64,000 bases of DNA from a virus (taxonomy: Duplodnaviria > Caudoviricetes), in IMG/VR virus record IMGVR_UViG_3300017780_003104, positions 128,001-192,000 of that record, one strand, 5' to 3'. This document shows positions 37,418 to 46,719 of this stretch, one piece after another (within the stretch, counting starts at the first letter, position 1; each line of letters opens with the position of its first letter). The notes below the pieces were generated by a model. The model saw only the letters and a list, made by a program, of their open reading frames with translations. It ran no database searches and had not been told where the DNA came from. Both the position numbers and the translations under genes were made by a program.

Positions 37418-37624
37418 ATGAATATGTCACCAATGATGCATAATAACCTTCGATTCTATACACTTAGAATGAATGAATCGACTGAAATGGCCGAACAAAT
37501 GGCTCTTGACTTTGAGGATAAACTTGATAAACTTGATAAGTATGATCAAATGGAAGTTGCAAGAGTCATTGATATGAATGGATGGGAAAGCGCATTTGAA
37601 TTAGTTGATAGTTTGAGTAATTAA
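37418..37624 (+). CDS. hypothetical protein
   Basis: ORF track. Confidence 0.55.
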   Translation: MNMSPMMHNNLRFYTLRMNESTEMAEQMALDFEDKLDKLDKYDQMEVARVIDMNGWESAFELVDSLSN

Positions 37625-37628
37625 TAAT

Positions 37629-37904
37629 ATGAAAATTAAGAAAAAAACATTTAAAGAGCTTGAAGCAGGTGATTGGTTTGTTGTTGACTATATCGACTCT
37701 AAACTTATAGTTTTTTCTATAGATTATGAAGATGGAATCATGATGGTTACTTCTCCTTGGTATCTAGCGAATGATTATATACGTTGGGAACTCAAGGGTG
37801 ATGATACTTTTAATGTTATCGGAACAAGTAAAAGGAACATTTGGTATAAACTATTTTTTAATTGTTCTTTAATTTGTCCTTGGAAAAGGGTTGATTTGGT
37901 ATAA
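37629..37904 (+). CDS. hypothetical protein
   Basis: ORF track. Confidence 0.55.
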   Translation: MKIKKKTFKELEAGDWFVVDYIDSKLIVFSIDYEDGIMMVTSPWYLANDYIRWELKGDDTFNVIGTSKRNIWYKLFFNCSLICPWKRVDLV

Positions 37905-37916
37905 GTATAATACAAT

Positions 37917-37999
37917 GGGAGTGTGGAGAAATTGGTAAACTCAAGGGATTTAAAATCCCTCGCGCAAGCTTGTGGGTTCGAGTCCCACCACTCCTACCA
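37917..37999 (+). tRNA. tRNA-Leu(UAA)
   Basis: Cloverleaf with variable arm; loop TT-TAA-AA; encoded CCA. Confidence 0.95.
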
Positions 38000-38015
38000 T
38001 TAATTAAAATATAAT

Positions 38016-38423
38016 ATGAATACAGATAAACTACAAGAACAATTACTTGAATATATCAAAATCTCAGTGGAGAAAATTGGAGACTTTACAGCCAATGAAA
38101 TTCCCCCATTTGTTAATGAATATATTACTTGGAAGTTCTATGAAAATCTACTACCGATTGGAATGTACGCTTTAGTTATGTTGATTATATCGGTAGTAGT
38201 TTACAAACTTATTATACCACTTTATAGGTGGGCAAATACTACATCCAAATTAAAAGATGATGGTGTTTATTTTGTGACTCCAGCACTTGCCACTTTTGTA
38301 TTATTGATAATTACATTATTTGCATTTCCATATAATAGTATTAAAAATTGTATCCAAATTAAAGTTGCACCTAAAGTATTTTTAATTGAACAGGCATCTA
38401 AACTTATAACTAATAAGGATTGA
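38016..38423 (+). CDS. membrane protein
   Basis: Two TM-like helices. Confidence 0.65.
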   Translation: MNTDKLQEQLLEYIKISVEKIGDFTANEIPPFVNEYITWKFYENLLPIGMYALVMLIISVVVYKLIIPLYRWANTTSKLKDDGVYFVTPALATFVLLIITLFAFPYNSIKNCIQIKVAPKVFLIEQASKLITNKD

Positions 38424-38447
38424 TTAAAACCGAACTACAATCTGGGT

Positions 38448-38633
38448 ATGCCACCGAATTATAAAGCGAAGTTGTTAAAGATTATCTTTAATGCTGAAAG
38501 TGTTGCACACCTACAAGGGTATGAACGTGAGATTCTACCAGCAACTGATTTAATCAAAGAAATGATTGACATTCTAGCTAAACATGATTTGCTTAATGAA
38601 ATCGAGTTTAAAGAATTTGTAGAGTTTATTTAA
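38448..38633 (+). CDS. hypothetical protein
   Basis: Promoter 6 nt upstream. Confidence 0.6.
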   Translation: MPPNYKAKLLKIIFNAESVAHLQGYEREILPATDLIKEMIDILAKHDLLNEIEFKEFVEFI

Positions 38634-38639
38634 TATAAC

Positions 38640-38733
38640 ATGAGTGTGACCCGAATTGGTTAAGGGCGCGGTTTCATAAACCGTTATGAGGTTGATAGCC
38701 TCTTTGAGAGTTCGAGTCTCTCCACTCATACCA
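38640..38733 (+). tRNA. tRNA with CAU anticodon (Met or Ile2) and long variable arm
   Basis: ATGAGTG/CACTCAT acceptor; loop TT-CAT-AA; GAGG/CCTC variable arm; A73 + CCA. Confidence 0.85.
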
Positions 38734-39283
38734 TTATATTATTTGGATTATGTAATTCAAAGTGACAATTACTACATAACAACTCACACTTTTTCCACTC
38801 GTCTAAAATAGACTCCCAATTAGTATTAGATAGTAGTCTAGAATCTAGAGTGAATACTTTATTCTTAGGATCTTTATGATGAAACTGTAAAGCTGAGTAA
38901 TTCTTACAGTATCCACAACTATTACATGAACCACCACTCATTTCTATCAATTTGAGTTTTCTTTCTTTGGATAGTTTTCTCTGCCTTTCATTAGTATTAG
39001 CATTCAAAACATCTTTATTTTCCGCATAATATAATGCGGTTTTACATTTATTATCACAATATCTAGTATTGTATCCTAGTAGTTCTTTTGAACAATGTCT
39101 ACAATATAAACCAGTTGGTTGATTCATAACACCATTTGGATTCCTTTTAGGGTTATGTTTTGTATTCATCCCAAACTTTCTAAGCCAGTGTCTTACATTA
39201 GTCTGACTACAATTCAATTCCTTTGATATCTGGTGAGTCGATAATTCAAGTTCTACTAATCTTTCTAATTCATTCTTATCCAT
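38726..39283 (-). CDS. free-standing HNH endonuclease with N-terminal HTH
   Basis: CxxC, ALQFHHKDP, KCELLCSNCHFELH. Confidence 0.9.
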   Translation of the reverse strand: MDKNELERLVELELSTHQISKELNCSQTNVRHWLRKFGMNTKHNPKRNPNGVMNQPTGLYCRHCSKELLGYNTRYCDNKCKTALYYAENKDVLNANTNERQRKLSKERKLKLIEMSGGSCNSCGYCKNYSALQFHHKDPKNKVFTLDSRLLSNTNWESILDEWKKCELLCSNCHFELHNPNNIMV

Positions 39284-39359
39284 ATAATATATTTAGCTCA
39301 TTGGGTGAATAATTCAATAGTAAACTTTGAAATAATTAAAACCGAACTATACTTTCAAT

Positions 39360-39560
39360 ATGGCAGATGATGAACATAAAGATCCTGAGTATAATCCATA
39401 CCTGTATTGTATATGGGTTGTAGATAAAAACGTTAGAAGTCTTTGGGCGTTGTTTCATCATGGATTGAATGCAGAAGCTAAATGTAGGCAATTAAATGAA
39501 GACTTTGGCCCTAGAATCTCATTTAGTGTGAGTGGTCTTGAAGCAGGAGATAAACCATGA
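39360..39560 (+). CDS. hypothetical protein
   Basis: Promoter 6 nt upstream. Confidence 0.6.
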   Translation: MADDEHKDPEYNPYLYCIWVVDKNVRSLWALFHHGLNAEAKCRQLNEDFGPRISFSVSGLEAGDKP

Positions 39561-40201
39561 TTAAAGTAATTTCACAATACGTTCCCAAATCTCCCTTTAC
39601 TGTTTGTGTATCATCTGGTGTTGATAGTATTGTTGCAGCCCATTGGTTGAAACATAACTATCATAAAGAGTTTAACATCATTCATTTTAATCACTGGTAT
39701 CAAGCTATCAATGATGTAATGGAAGAAAGCGTTTCAAGATTCTCAGATGATTATAATATTGAATGTCTTTACTCCTATCGCCCCCCGTGGATCACTGATA
39801 ATAGTGAGAACGGATTAAGGGAATGGAGATTGAGTGAAATGCGAAAAATTGGTGGTAAGTATGTAACTGCTCACCATCTTGATGATTGTGTTGAGAACTA
39901 TTTAATGAATTGTTTTCATGGAACACCTGAGTATAAACCAATTCAAGAGTTCACTCAGTTTAATGGATTCTCTATTTATCATCCATTCCTTACAACTACT
40001 AAGGAAGACTTCATTAGATATGCTATTAAAAATGATCTAATGAAATATGTAGTCGAAGATCCCACAAACAAAGAAGTAACACAAAAACGTAACTGGATTA
40101 GAAACGTTATTGTGCCTGAATTGGATGCTTGGGAAATGGGATTGCAGACAATCGTTAAGAAGAAATTTTACAACAATTTAATTAAAACCGAACTACAATA
40201 A
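39557..40201 (+). CDS. tilS: tRNA(Ile)-lysidine synthetase-like PP-loop protein (catalytic domain only)
   Basis: VSSGVDS, HFNH, TAHHLDDCVENYL, HPFL, EDPTN...RNWIRN. Confidence 0.8.
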   Translation: MIKVISQYVPKSPFTVCVSSGVDSIVAAHWLKHNYHKEFNIIHFNHWYQAINDVMEESVSRFSDDYNIECLYSYRPPWITDNSENGLREWRLSEMRKIGGKYVTAHHLDDCVENYLMNCFHGTPEYKPIQEFTQFNGFSIYHPFLTTTKEDFIRYAIKNDLMKYVVEDPTNKEVTQKRNWIRNVIVPELDAWEMGLQTIVKKKFYNNLIKTELQ

Positions 40202-40205
40202 AGTC

Positions 40206-40502
40206 ATGAAGATCACACCATATGAAAATGCAGTAAAAGTTAAACGAGTTGTAATTGATACAGTAATTGAAAGGGGGGTTACTCTTGATTTAAATGAAAA
40301 GGAAGCTGCATATCTATATCATATGCTTGGATGTTTGAAGCCCCAAGCTATGTTTCATGCCATTAGGGATTCTATATCTTATTATTATCCAAGTAAGAAG
40401 GATCTTCTAATTGATTTAGATAATTCTAAAGTCAATGCTGTGTTGGTGAATCCTATTCACAATGCACTTAAAAACTTTCTTAACCTTACAAAAGAGCGGT
40501 GA
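40206..40502 (+). CDS. hypothetical protein
   Basis: Promoter 6 nt upstream. Confidence 0.6.
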   Translation: MKITPYENAVKVKRVVIDTVIERGVTLDLNEKEAAYLYHMLGCLKPQAMFHAIRDSISYYYPSKKDLLIDLDNSKVNAVLVNPIHNALKNFLNLTKER

Positions 40503-40951
40503 AACTAAAATTGATTCATGGTGATGGAGAGATTAAAAGAATCTCTCGTCAAGTAAAAGAGGGATTTAAGATTCTGGATGGAATTAATTTAGTTAATACT
40601 AAATCAAATGTTCGCATCATTGATAAGATGTATGACCTTGGATTCTATGATGAACTTTCATCTGGTATTGCTTTCATTGGTGACACTCAAGTAATTAAAT
40701 GTGGACTTCTTACTAGACGCCCACCACCTCTTAAGTATAGAGTTCCTACTTTGATATATGCTTATGATAATATCACACCCACTCAATGGGAATGGGAAAC
40801 AGTTATATTGATTCAGCCAAAGGTTGATAATGATTACGATGACGATGATGTAGTTAAATCGATGAAAGTCTTTAGTAGACTTTCCGGTTGTGATTCTCAT
40901 CAAGGTAATATTGGAATGTATAAAGGTGAGTTTAAACTATTTGATTGGTAA
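40499..40951 (+). CDS. small kinase-fold-like protein
   Basis: VIK, DSHQGNIG catalytic-loop-like motif, terminal LFDW. Confidence 0.5.
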   Translation: MKLKLIHGDGEIKRISRQVKEGFKILDGINLVNTKSNVRIIDKMYDLGFYDELSSGIAFIGDTQVIKCGLLTRRPPPLKYRVPTLIYAYDNITPTQWEWETVILIQPKVDNDYDDDDVVKSMKVFSRLSGCDSHQGNIGMYKGEFKLFDW

Positions 40952-40975
40952 TTAAAACCGAACTACAATCCAAAC

Positions 40976-41332
40976 ATGGAACAGATTTCAAACATTGATA
41001 TTCTAATTATTAGACAATGTAAAACTAATAAACTTTCAATCAATAATCTCAAAAAGCTTGTGTGTAGGAGACACGCATTATCATATAGTTATGTGACTAA
41101 TAGTGATCTTATCTATGTTTTAACTAATATTGTGTTGGACTATAAGTTGATTAGAGATATGTATGAATTCATTGCTGTGGATTTAAATCCCAATAATTGG
41201 AGGAACAAGATAATGAAAGTTGAACTTAGTTATGAAGATAATTTAATTGAAGAACTCATCTCTAAGATTAGATGCGCTCCTGTTGTAAAATTCCCACGTT
41301 ACATTACACCTCTTTCACACCGCAACAAGTAA
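40976..41332 (+). CDS. hypothetical protein
   Basis: Promoter 6 nt upstream. Confidence 0.6.
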   Translation: MEQISNIDILIIRQCKTNKLSINNLKKLVCRRHALSYSYVTNSDLIYVLTNIVLDYKLIRDMYEFIAVDLNPNNWRNKIMKVELSYEDNLIEELISKIRCAPVVKFPRYITPLSHRNK

Positions 41333-41363
41333 AGATTAATTAAAACCGAACTACAATCTGGGT

Positions 41364-41954
41364 ATGACGATGCAACAACGTATTCTTGATAAGGTTGAGG
41401 AATCATTTAAGAAAGCTGAGTCTTTCTATGGTAGGACGTTTGATCGTCCTAAGAACATTATCTTTCAACGCACTGGAACTAATGCTGGTCATTGTTGTTA
41501 TGGTAGGAGTGAGTTAATGTTTCAAATTGCTATTGCTGAAAAGGCTGGTGATTCTTATATTGCTAGGACTCCTGCTCATGAAGTAGCACATTGGATTGAG
41601 AAAGAAGTCTATGGGTATCAATATAAGCCTAGTGGTCGCCGCGATGTTCATGGTAAGAAGTGGCAATACATTATGGTTTATGTTATGAAGCAAGATTCTT
41701 CTCGTTGTCATAGCTTTGATACATCGGAAGTGAAAGGTAAGAGAGGAGTCTTTGCTTACTGCTGTTCTAGTGGTCATAGCCTTAATCTTTCCTCAGTAGT
41801 CCACAATAGGATTGTTAGTGAGAGGAAAAGTTATCGTTGCAAGTGTGGTGGCAAGTTGGCATTGAAAGTTGATGTTGATATCAACTCAAAGCAACTTGAA
41901 ATTGAACGTATCAAACAACAAATCAAAGAACTTCAAAGTAAATTAGATGTCTGA
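41364..41954 (+). CDS. SprT-like zinc metalloprotease with Zn ribbon
   Basis: TNAG, PAHEVAH, HGKKWQYIM, C-terminal CxC/CxCG. Confidence 0.85.
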   Translation: MTMQQRILDKVEESFKKAESFYGRTFDRPKNIIFQRTGTNAGHCCYGRSELMFQIAIAEKAGDSYIARTPAHEVAHWIEKEVYGYQYKPSGRRDVHGKKWQYIMVYVMKQDSSRCHSFDTSEVKGKRGVFAYCCSSGHSLNLSSVVHNRIVSERKSYRCKCGGKLALKVDVDINSKQLEIERIKQQIKELQSKLDV

Positions 41955-41992
41955 AAAATAGAAGTTAATTAAAACCGAACTAGAATCATAGT

Positions 41993-42334
41993 ATGCGACA
42001 CATTAAAACATTATCAAGAAACTCCACCCAAAACGGGTTTTTCCGTATTATAGATTCAAACTACAGAATATGTATTGAATTTGTTGGTGCTTTAGTTGGG
42101 AGTCTAGTGGAAGATAATCTCTCTGTTAAACTTATACTAGCAACAAAGAATCCTAAACAAAAAGGATTCAAAAAGGTCTTATATAACTCAATGATTGCTA
42201 ATGGTAGGAGTGGAATGAACATTATGGATGGACAACCGTATGAGACTATAGATAGACAATGCAGTGTTCTTAAAAGTCTTGGAATTAAAGTCGGGGATAC
42301 GTATTGGATAAAGGGTGAATTAAAACCGAACTAG
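41993..42334 (+). CDS. hypothetical protein
   Basis: Promoter 6 nt upstream. Confidence 0.6.
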   Translation: MRHIKTLSRNSTQNGFFRIIDSNYRICIEFVGALVGSLVEDNLSVKLILATKNPKQKGFKKVLYNSMIANGRSGMNIMDGQPYETIDRQCSVLKSLGIKVGDTYWIKGELKPN

Positions 42335-42343
42335 AATCATAGT

Positions 42344-42610
42344 ATGCTATCCAAACTCGCTAATCTATTTAAGAAAGAAACATGGGAAGTTCTTAAAGAA
42401 GAAAAAGCAACAATATCATCTTGGAAATATGGTGTAAGATGGGCGCAGTATGATTGTATAGTTGTTCACGAAAAATCAAATAAAGGAAACACCAGACACT
42501 TTATGGTAGAACTTGAGGGATTATTTAAAGGTATTAAATATCCTTATGATTATGTGAATAAGCATCCATTAGTATCTGTGTTAGATATTCCAAAATGTCC
42601 CAAATATTAA
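42344..42610 (+). CDS. hypothetical protein
   Basis: Promoter 6 nt upstream. Confidence 0.6.
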   Translation: MLSKLANLFKKETWEVLKEEKATISSWKYGVRWAQYDCIVVHEKSNKGNTRHFMVELEGLFKGIKYPYDYVNKHPLVSVLDIPKCPKY

Positions 42611-42634
42611 TTAAAACCGAACTATAATATCAAT

Positions 42635-43219
42635 ATGACAAGGACAGAAGTAGTAAAGAAATATCCAATTGGTTCTAAGTTTAAAGTAATTAAAACTGGT
42701 GAAATTGTAGTAGTAGGTAGTTATGGAACTGGACTTACGGGTGTTCTAATCAAAAAACATTATAACGATTTTACGGGATTTAATACATATGAAATTGAAC
42801 CAGTAGAACCTGAAAAGAGTGGTCTTAGGATGTATTTTTTTGTTATGTATAATCTTTCTGGTATTCAGAAAGGTATTCAAGCGGGTCACGCTGCTATTGA
42901 GTATTATCTAAAATATGGTAATATTACCAAATATCAAGAATTTGCTGAACACCATAAAACATTTATCCTATTGGATGGTGGTGGTTCCAATGATATGACT
43001 GAACGATCATCAGAACTTGAAAATTTTGGAGTTGATTATGCTACATTTTATGAACCTGATCTTAATGACTCTTTGAGTGCCATTGCATTCATTGTTCCAG
43101 AAGAGATTTATGGTATGGATCAAGCATTCATCGATCATGCTATAATTGATTCATCCTTTATGACTGAGGATATTAAGTTTGCCAGATACCTTAAAGGATT
43201 CCGCCTTGCGAGTAATTAA
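42635..43219 (+). CDS. peptidyl-tRNA hydrolase 2-like domain protein
   Basis: RMYFFV..NLS..QK.IQAGHA, TFILL, F.EPDLNDSLSAIAF. Confidence 0.6.
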   Translation: MTRTEVVKKYPIGSKFKVIKTGEIVVVGSYGTGLTGVLIKKHYNDFTGFNTYEIEPVEPEKSGLRMYFFVMYNLSGIQKGIQAGHAAIEYYLKYGNITKYQEFAEHHKTFILLDGGGSNDMTERSSELENFGVDYATFYEPDLNDSLSAIAFIVPEEIYGMDQAFIDHAIIDSSFMTEDIKFARYLKGFRLASN

Positions 43220-43393
43220 AACCGGAGTATAGTTATGGCATGGAAACGCTAGTCGAATTTGAAACTGAGACTTTCTTAGAAGAAGATGATGTATGGGATG
43301 CACTCTTCGTAAGAGTTAATAGTGGAAAATGGATGATGGCTATGCCTAACTTCAAGACAGAAGATAGGCAGGAAATTATAAATATTATTTCAA

Positions 43394-43588
43394 ATGATCC
43401 AAGAAATTGGTAATAATGTCATAATTAATGATACGTTTGTATTCTATAAAACCTTTATAGAAACCTATAGGGGATTAACTGTCATTGAAGCAAGACGCAA
43501 ACTGAAAAAGTATTATACTCATTCCATGCAAGATACTATCATAAAATATCTGAAAGAAAAGGATGTAATTAAAACCGAACTACAATAA
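43394..43588 (+). CDS. hypothetical protein
   Basis: ORF track. Confidence 0.5.
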   Translation: MIQEIGNNVIINDTFVFYKTFIETYRGLTVIEARRKLKKYYTHSMQDTIIKYLKEKDVIKTELQ

Positions 43589-43773
43589 TAACATGAAAGC
43601 ATTCAAAGCACCGCAAAAGAGTCTTCAATCAAGCTGGGTCCAAATTGCATTTAGCAAACCAAAGGCTGGTTCAATCATTAAGAAATCATTGGGTCGTAAT
43701 GCTCAAAGTATTTCAAAGCATCGTGGAGATATGTTCTCCAATTCCTCAATGAAACATTCTAACCTTTATTAAT

Positions 43774-43995
43774 ATGAAATTTATTGATTCAAATGATACT
43801 CCTTCTCTACAATTTAAAGATGTTCCTACCCACAGGCTATTCATTGATTGTTCTGGGGAACTCCTAATTAAACTAGATATGCTTACCGCATGTAGGATTG
43901 CTACATGCGATGGACTAATTAATGCTAAAATTTTCACCCCATGTGAATCTTGGGGTATTAAAGAGATTCTCCCTTACGATAAAGTAGAGTTCTAA
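43774..43995 (+). CDS. hypothetical protein
   Basis: ORF track. Confidence 0.55.
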   Translation: MKFIDSNDTPSLQFKDVPTHRLFIDCSGELLIKLDMLTACRIATCDGLINAKIFTPCESWGIKEILPYDKVEF

Positions 43996-44023
43996 TTAAT
44001 TAAAACCGATATACAATAGGGGT

Positions 44024-44230
44024 ATGAAGAAGCCTACATTTAGTATTAGTAATTGCACTCCAGAAGGTAGAGTATTTATTATCTATCCTGATCTTAATTA
44101 TATGGTGTGGGAAGCTACTAGTGAAATTGGTCCTATTAGTATTCCTCTCAAGAATGGTCAAGATGATTGGATGGATCTCATGTCTTGTTTAAAGAATGGC
44201 GAATCCTTTAAACGTTTCCTCGCAGTCTGA
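44024..44230 (+). CDS. hypothetical protein
   Basis: Promoter 6 nt upstream. Confidence 0.6.
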   Translation: MKKPTFSISNCTPEGRVFIIYPDLNYMVWEATSEIGPISIPLKNGQDDWMDLMSCLKNGESFKRFLAV

Positions 44231-44259
44231 GTTAATTAAAACCAAAATAAGATAATAGC

Positions 44260-44454
44260 ATGAAAGAGAAACTTAGTAAGTGTGTTACGATGCAAGATTC
44301 CCACGAAGTTCTTTCGGAATGGGATACAATCGACCTTGATAGTTTTGTAAATGCCTTAAACAAAGTTAAGGAATATGTTGATATTACTATGAGGGATGAG
44401 TTCTTGCTTAATCAAGCTGCGGGTATTCTAATCAATCGTGGTTATGGCTACTAA
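44260..44454 (+). CDS. hypothetical protein
   Basis: Promoter 6 nt upstream. Confidence 0.6.
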   Translation: MKEKLSKCVTMQDSHEVLSEWDTIDLDSFVNALNKVKEYVDITMRDEFLLNQAAGILINRGYGY

Positions 44455-44674
44455 AAGGAAACTTAACTTATACCTATCGGAACTTTATACAGTGGGGACA
44501 GCGATCTTAATGGAAGATCCTAACCTTCGCTGGGGGCAATGCCTGATGATTGCCCTTAATGAAATTGATCCAGATATGTATATGAAGATCACGGGGACTG
44601 AGTATGATCCCTTTTATCTTAATGAAAAAGTGGAAGGGTTCGTGGAACATTTAATTAAAACCGGAGTAAAATAA
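44438..44674 (+). CDS. hypothetical protein
   Basis: ORF track; LRWGQ...DPFY motif. Confidence 0.6.
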   Translation: MVMATKRKLNLYLSELYTVGTAILMEDPNLRWGQCLMIALNEIDPDMYMKITGTEYDPFYLNEKVEGFVEHLIKTGVK

Positions 44675-44678
44675 TATC

Positions 44679-44891
44679 ATGATAATCGCTGATACACCTG
44701 AGAAAGTTAATGCATTTAGACTTCTTGCCCTAAAGGGTGCATTGAAGTTGGAAACTCTTGGTATGAAAAGTCGTGGATATTCTGCGTATAAGATTGTTAA
44801 AGAGGAATTCGGTTTCAAAGGTGATAAGAAAAAGGTCTATGACCTTTATGTTCAACACCTTAAAGATGTGGGTATTCTAATCACTGCTTAA
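44679..44891 (+). CDS. hypothetical protein
   Basis: Promoter 6 nt upstream. Confidence 0.65.
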   Translation: MIIADTPEKVNAFRLLALKGALKLETLGMKSRGYSAYKIVKEEFGFKGDKKKVYDLYVQHLKDVGILITA

Positions 44892-44892
44892 T

Positions 44893-45108
44893 ATGAATCC
44901 AGAACACTTAAAGCATCGTGCTTGTTTCCAAGATAAGTCAAGGGGTACATTGTATTTCCTACTTAAGATTGATCATCCTGTAATGGAGTCTTGGATTCTA
45001 GTGAGTGAATTTAATCATCATTGGATTTCACCTCAATCAACTCCTATTGATGCTTTTGGGGGTGTGGGATGGTATGATACATTTGAATTCGTTAAAATCT
45101 GCGAGTAA
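44893..45108 (+). CDS. hypothetical protein
   Basis: ORF track. Confidence 0.5.
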   Translation: MNPEHLKHRACFQDKSRGTLYFLLKIDHPVMESWILVSEFNHHWISPQSTPIDAFGGVGWYDTFEFVKICE

Positions 45109-45139
45109 CCTTTAATTAAAACCAAAGTAAGATACTTAC

Positions 45140-46657
45140 ATGACTCCAAGCAAACAGCAACTTGAGATTTACAATTGGGTGGATAAAGGTGAGGGAAATC
45201 TTATCATTAAAGCCCGTGCTGGTAGTGGCAAGACTACTACTGCCGTCAATGCCATTCAATTCATGAAAGGTTCGGTCCTTGCAATGGCTTTCAATACTAA
45301 GGCTTCTTATCAATTGAAAGATAAGCTTAGTAACATGGGTTGCCCTAACGCTACTGCTTCAACTGTTCATTCCGCTGGTAAGAATCTTATTTATAAGGCT
45401 CTTGGGTGGCATAAAGTTGATGGTTCCAAGGTCTTTTGGATTACCGATAAGTATTGTAAGACTGAGGAACTTAGCTTCACTCGTAACTTCATTACTAAAC
45501 TGGTGGGTTTTGCCAAGCAGAATGCCTTTGGTGTTACTGGTCAAACTCCTATTGATGACACTCAAGCATGGATGGACATCGTTACCCATCATGATATCGA
45601 TATGAATTTCGAGACTGATCTTCATACGGTTATTGAAATCGCCAAAGAAGTTCTTATTGATAGTAATCGTGATACCAAGGTCATTGACTTTGACGATATG
45701 CAGTATCTCCCATTGGTTTATGGTATCATTGGTAATCAGTATGATTGGGTTATCATTGATGAAGCACAAGATACCAATATCTGCCGCAAACTACTCCTTA
45801 AAACTCTTCTCAAGCCTTCTGGTCGCCTTGTAGCCATTGGAGACGAGGGACAAGCTATTTATGGTTTTACCGGGGCTGAGAACGATTCCTTGAATCTCAT
45901 TAAGGATATGTTCAACTGTTCGGAACTTCCTCTCTCTACTTGTTATCGTTGTGGTAAGACTATCATTGCTGAAGCTCAAAAGTTCTTCCATGACATTGAA
46001 GCATGGGATGAAAGTCCAGAGGGTTCTATTACTTCCATCAAGTATGAAGAGTTTGTGAATACTGCTCTCAGTATGAAGTTTGGTCGTGGAGATGGTATTA
46101 TCTGCCGAAATAATGCCCCTAACGTTGCCCTTGCCTTTGCCTTGATTAAACAAGGTATTGGTTGCCGCATTGAGGGTAGGGATATCGGTAATGATCTTAA
46201 GAAACTTGTAAAGAAGTGGAAGAAGGTTACTAACCTTGATGACTTCGCTGTAAAGCTTAATGAGTTCTTTCAACGTGAGTTTGAAAAGGCTAACTATGCC
46301 AAGCTTGCCTTGCTGGAAGATAAGATGGATACAATGATCATCTTGATTGAACGTTGCAAGAGTCTTGGTCAAAATGATATGAAGTCTCTGGAAGATCTTA
46401 TCACTTCCATGTTCACTGATTCTACTGATAAGAATCTTCCCGACATTATTACTCTTAGTTCTATTCATAAGGCTAAGGGATTGGAATGGAATAGGGTTTT
46501 CTGGGTAGGAGACGCACAATTCTCCCCTAGTAAGTATGCGGTTCAAGCATGGCAAGTTGAGCAAGAGAACAATCTACGTTATGTTGCTTGCACTAGGGCA
46601 ATGACAGAACTTATCCATATCACGGATTGCCCTAGCCGTAGGAACCAAGAGGATTAA
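45140..46657 (+). CDS. UvrD/Rep-like SF1 helicase
   Basis: ARAGSGKTTT, IIDEAQD, IGDEGQAIYGFTGA, CYRC, SSIHKAKGLEW, YVACTRA. Confidence 0.92.
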   Translation: MTPSKQQLEIYNWVDKGEGNLIIKARAGSGKTTTAVNAIQFMKGSVLAMAFNTKASYQLKDKLSNMGCPNATASTVHSAGKNLIYKALGWHKVDGSKVFWITDKYCKTEELSFTRNFITKLVGFAKQNAFGVTGQTPIDDTQAWMDIVTHHDIDMNFETDLHTVIEIAKEVLIDSNRDTKVIDFDDMQYLPLVYGIIGNQYDWVIIDEAQDTNICRKLLLKTLLKPSGRLVAIGDEGQAIYGFTGAENDSLNLIKDMFNCSELPLSTCYRCGKTIIAEAQKFFHDIEAWDESPEGSITSIKYEEFVNTALSMKFGRGDGIICRNNAPNVALAFALIKQGIGCRIEGRDIGNDLKKLVKKWKKVTNLDDFAVKLNEFFQREFEKANYAKLALLEDKMDTMIILIERCKSLGQNDMKSLEDLITSMFTDSTDKNLPDIITLSSIHKAKGLEWNRVFWVGDAQFSPSKYAVQAWQVEQENNLRYVACTRAMTELIHITDCPSRRNQED

Positions 46658-46665
46658 TCATACAA

Positions 46666-46692
46666 CGTCCTGAGCATGACATGAAAAGGCTC
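46666..46692 (+). repeat. short intergenic motif CGTCCTGAGCAT..GACAT.AAAAGGCTC (second copy 49323-49352)
   Basis: Two near-identical copies just downstream of genes. Confidence 0.7.
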
Positions 46693-46719
46693 TCAATTTA
46701 ACAAACAAAAAACAATAAT

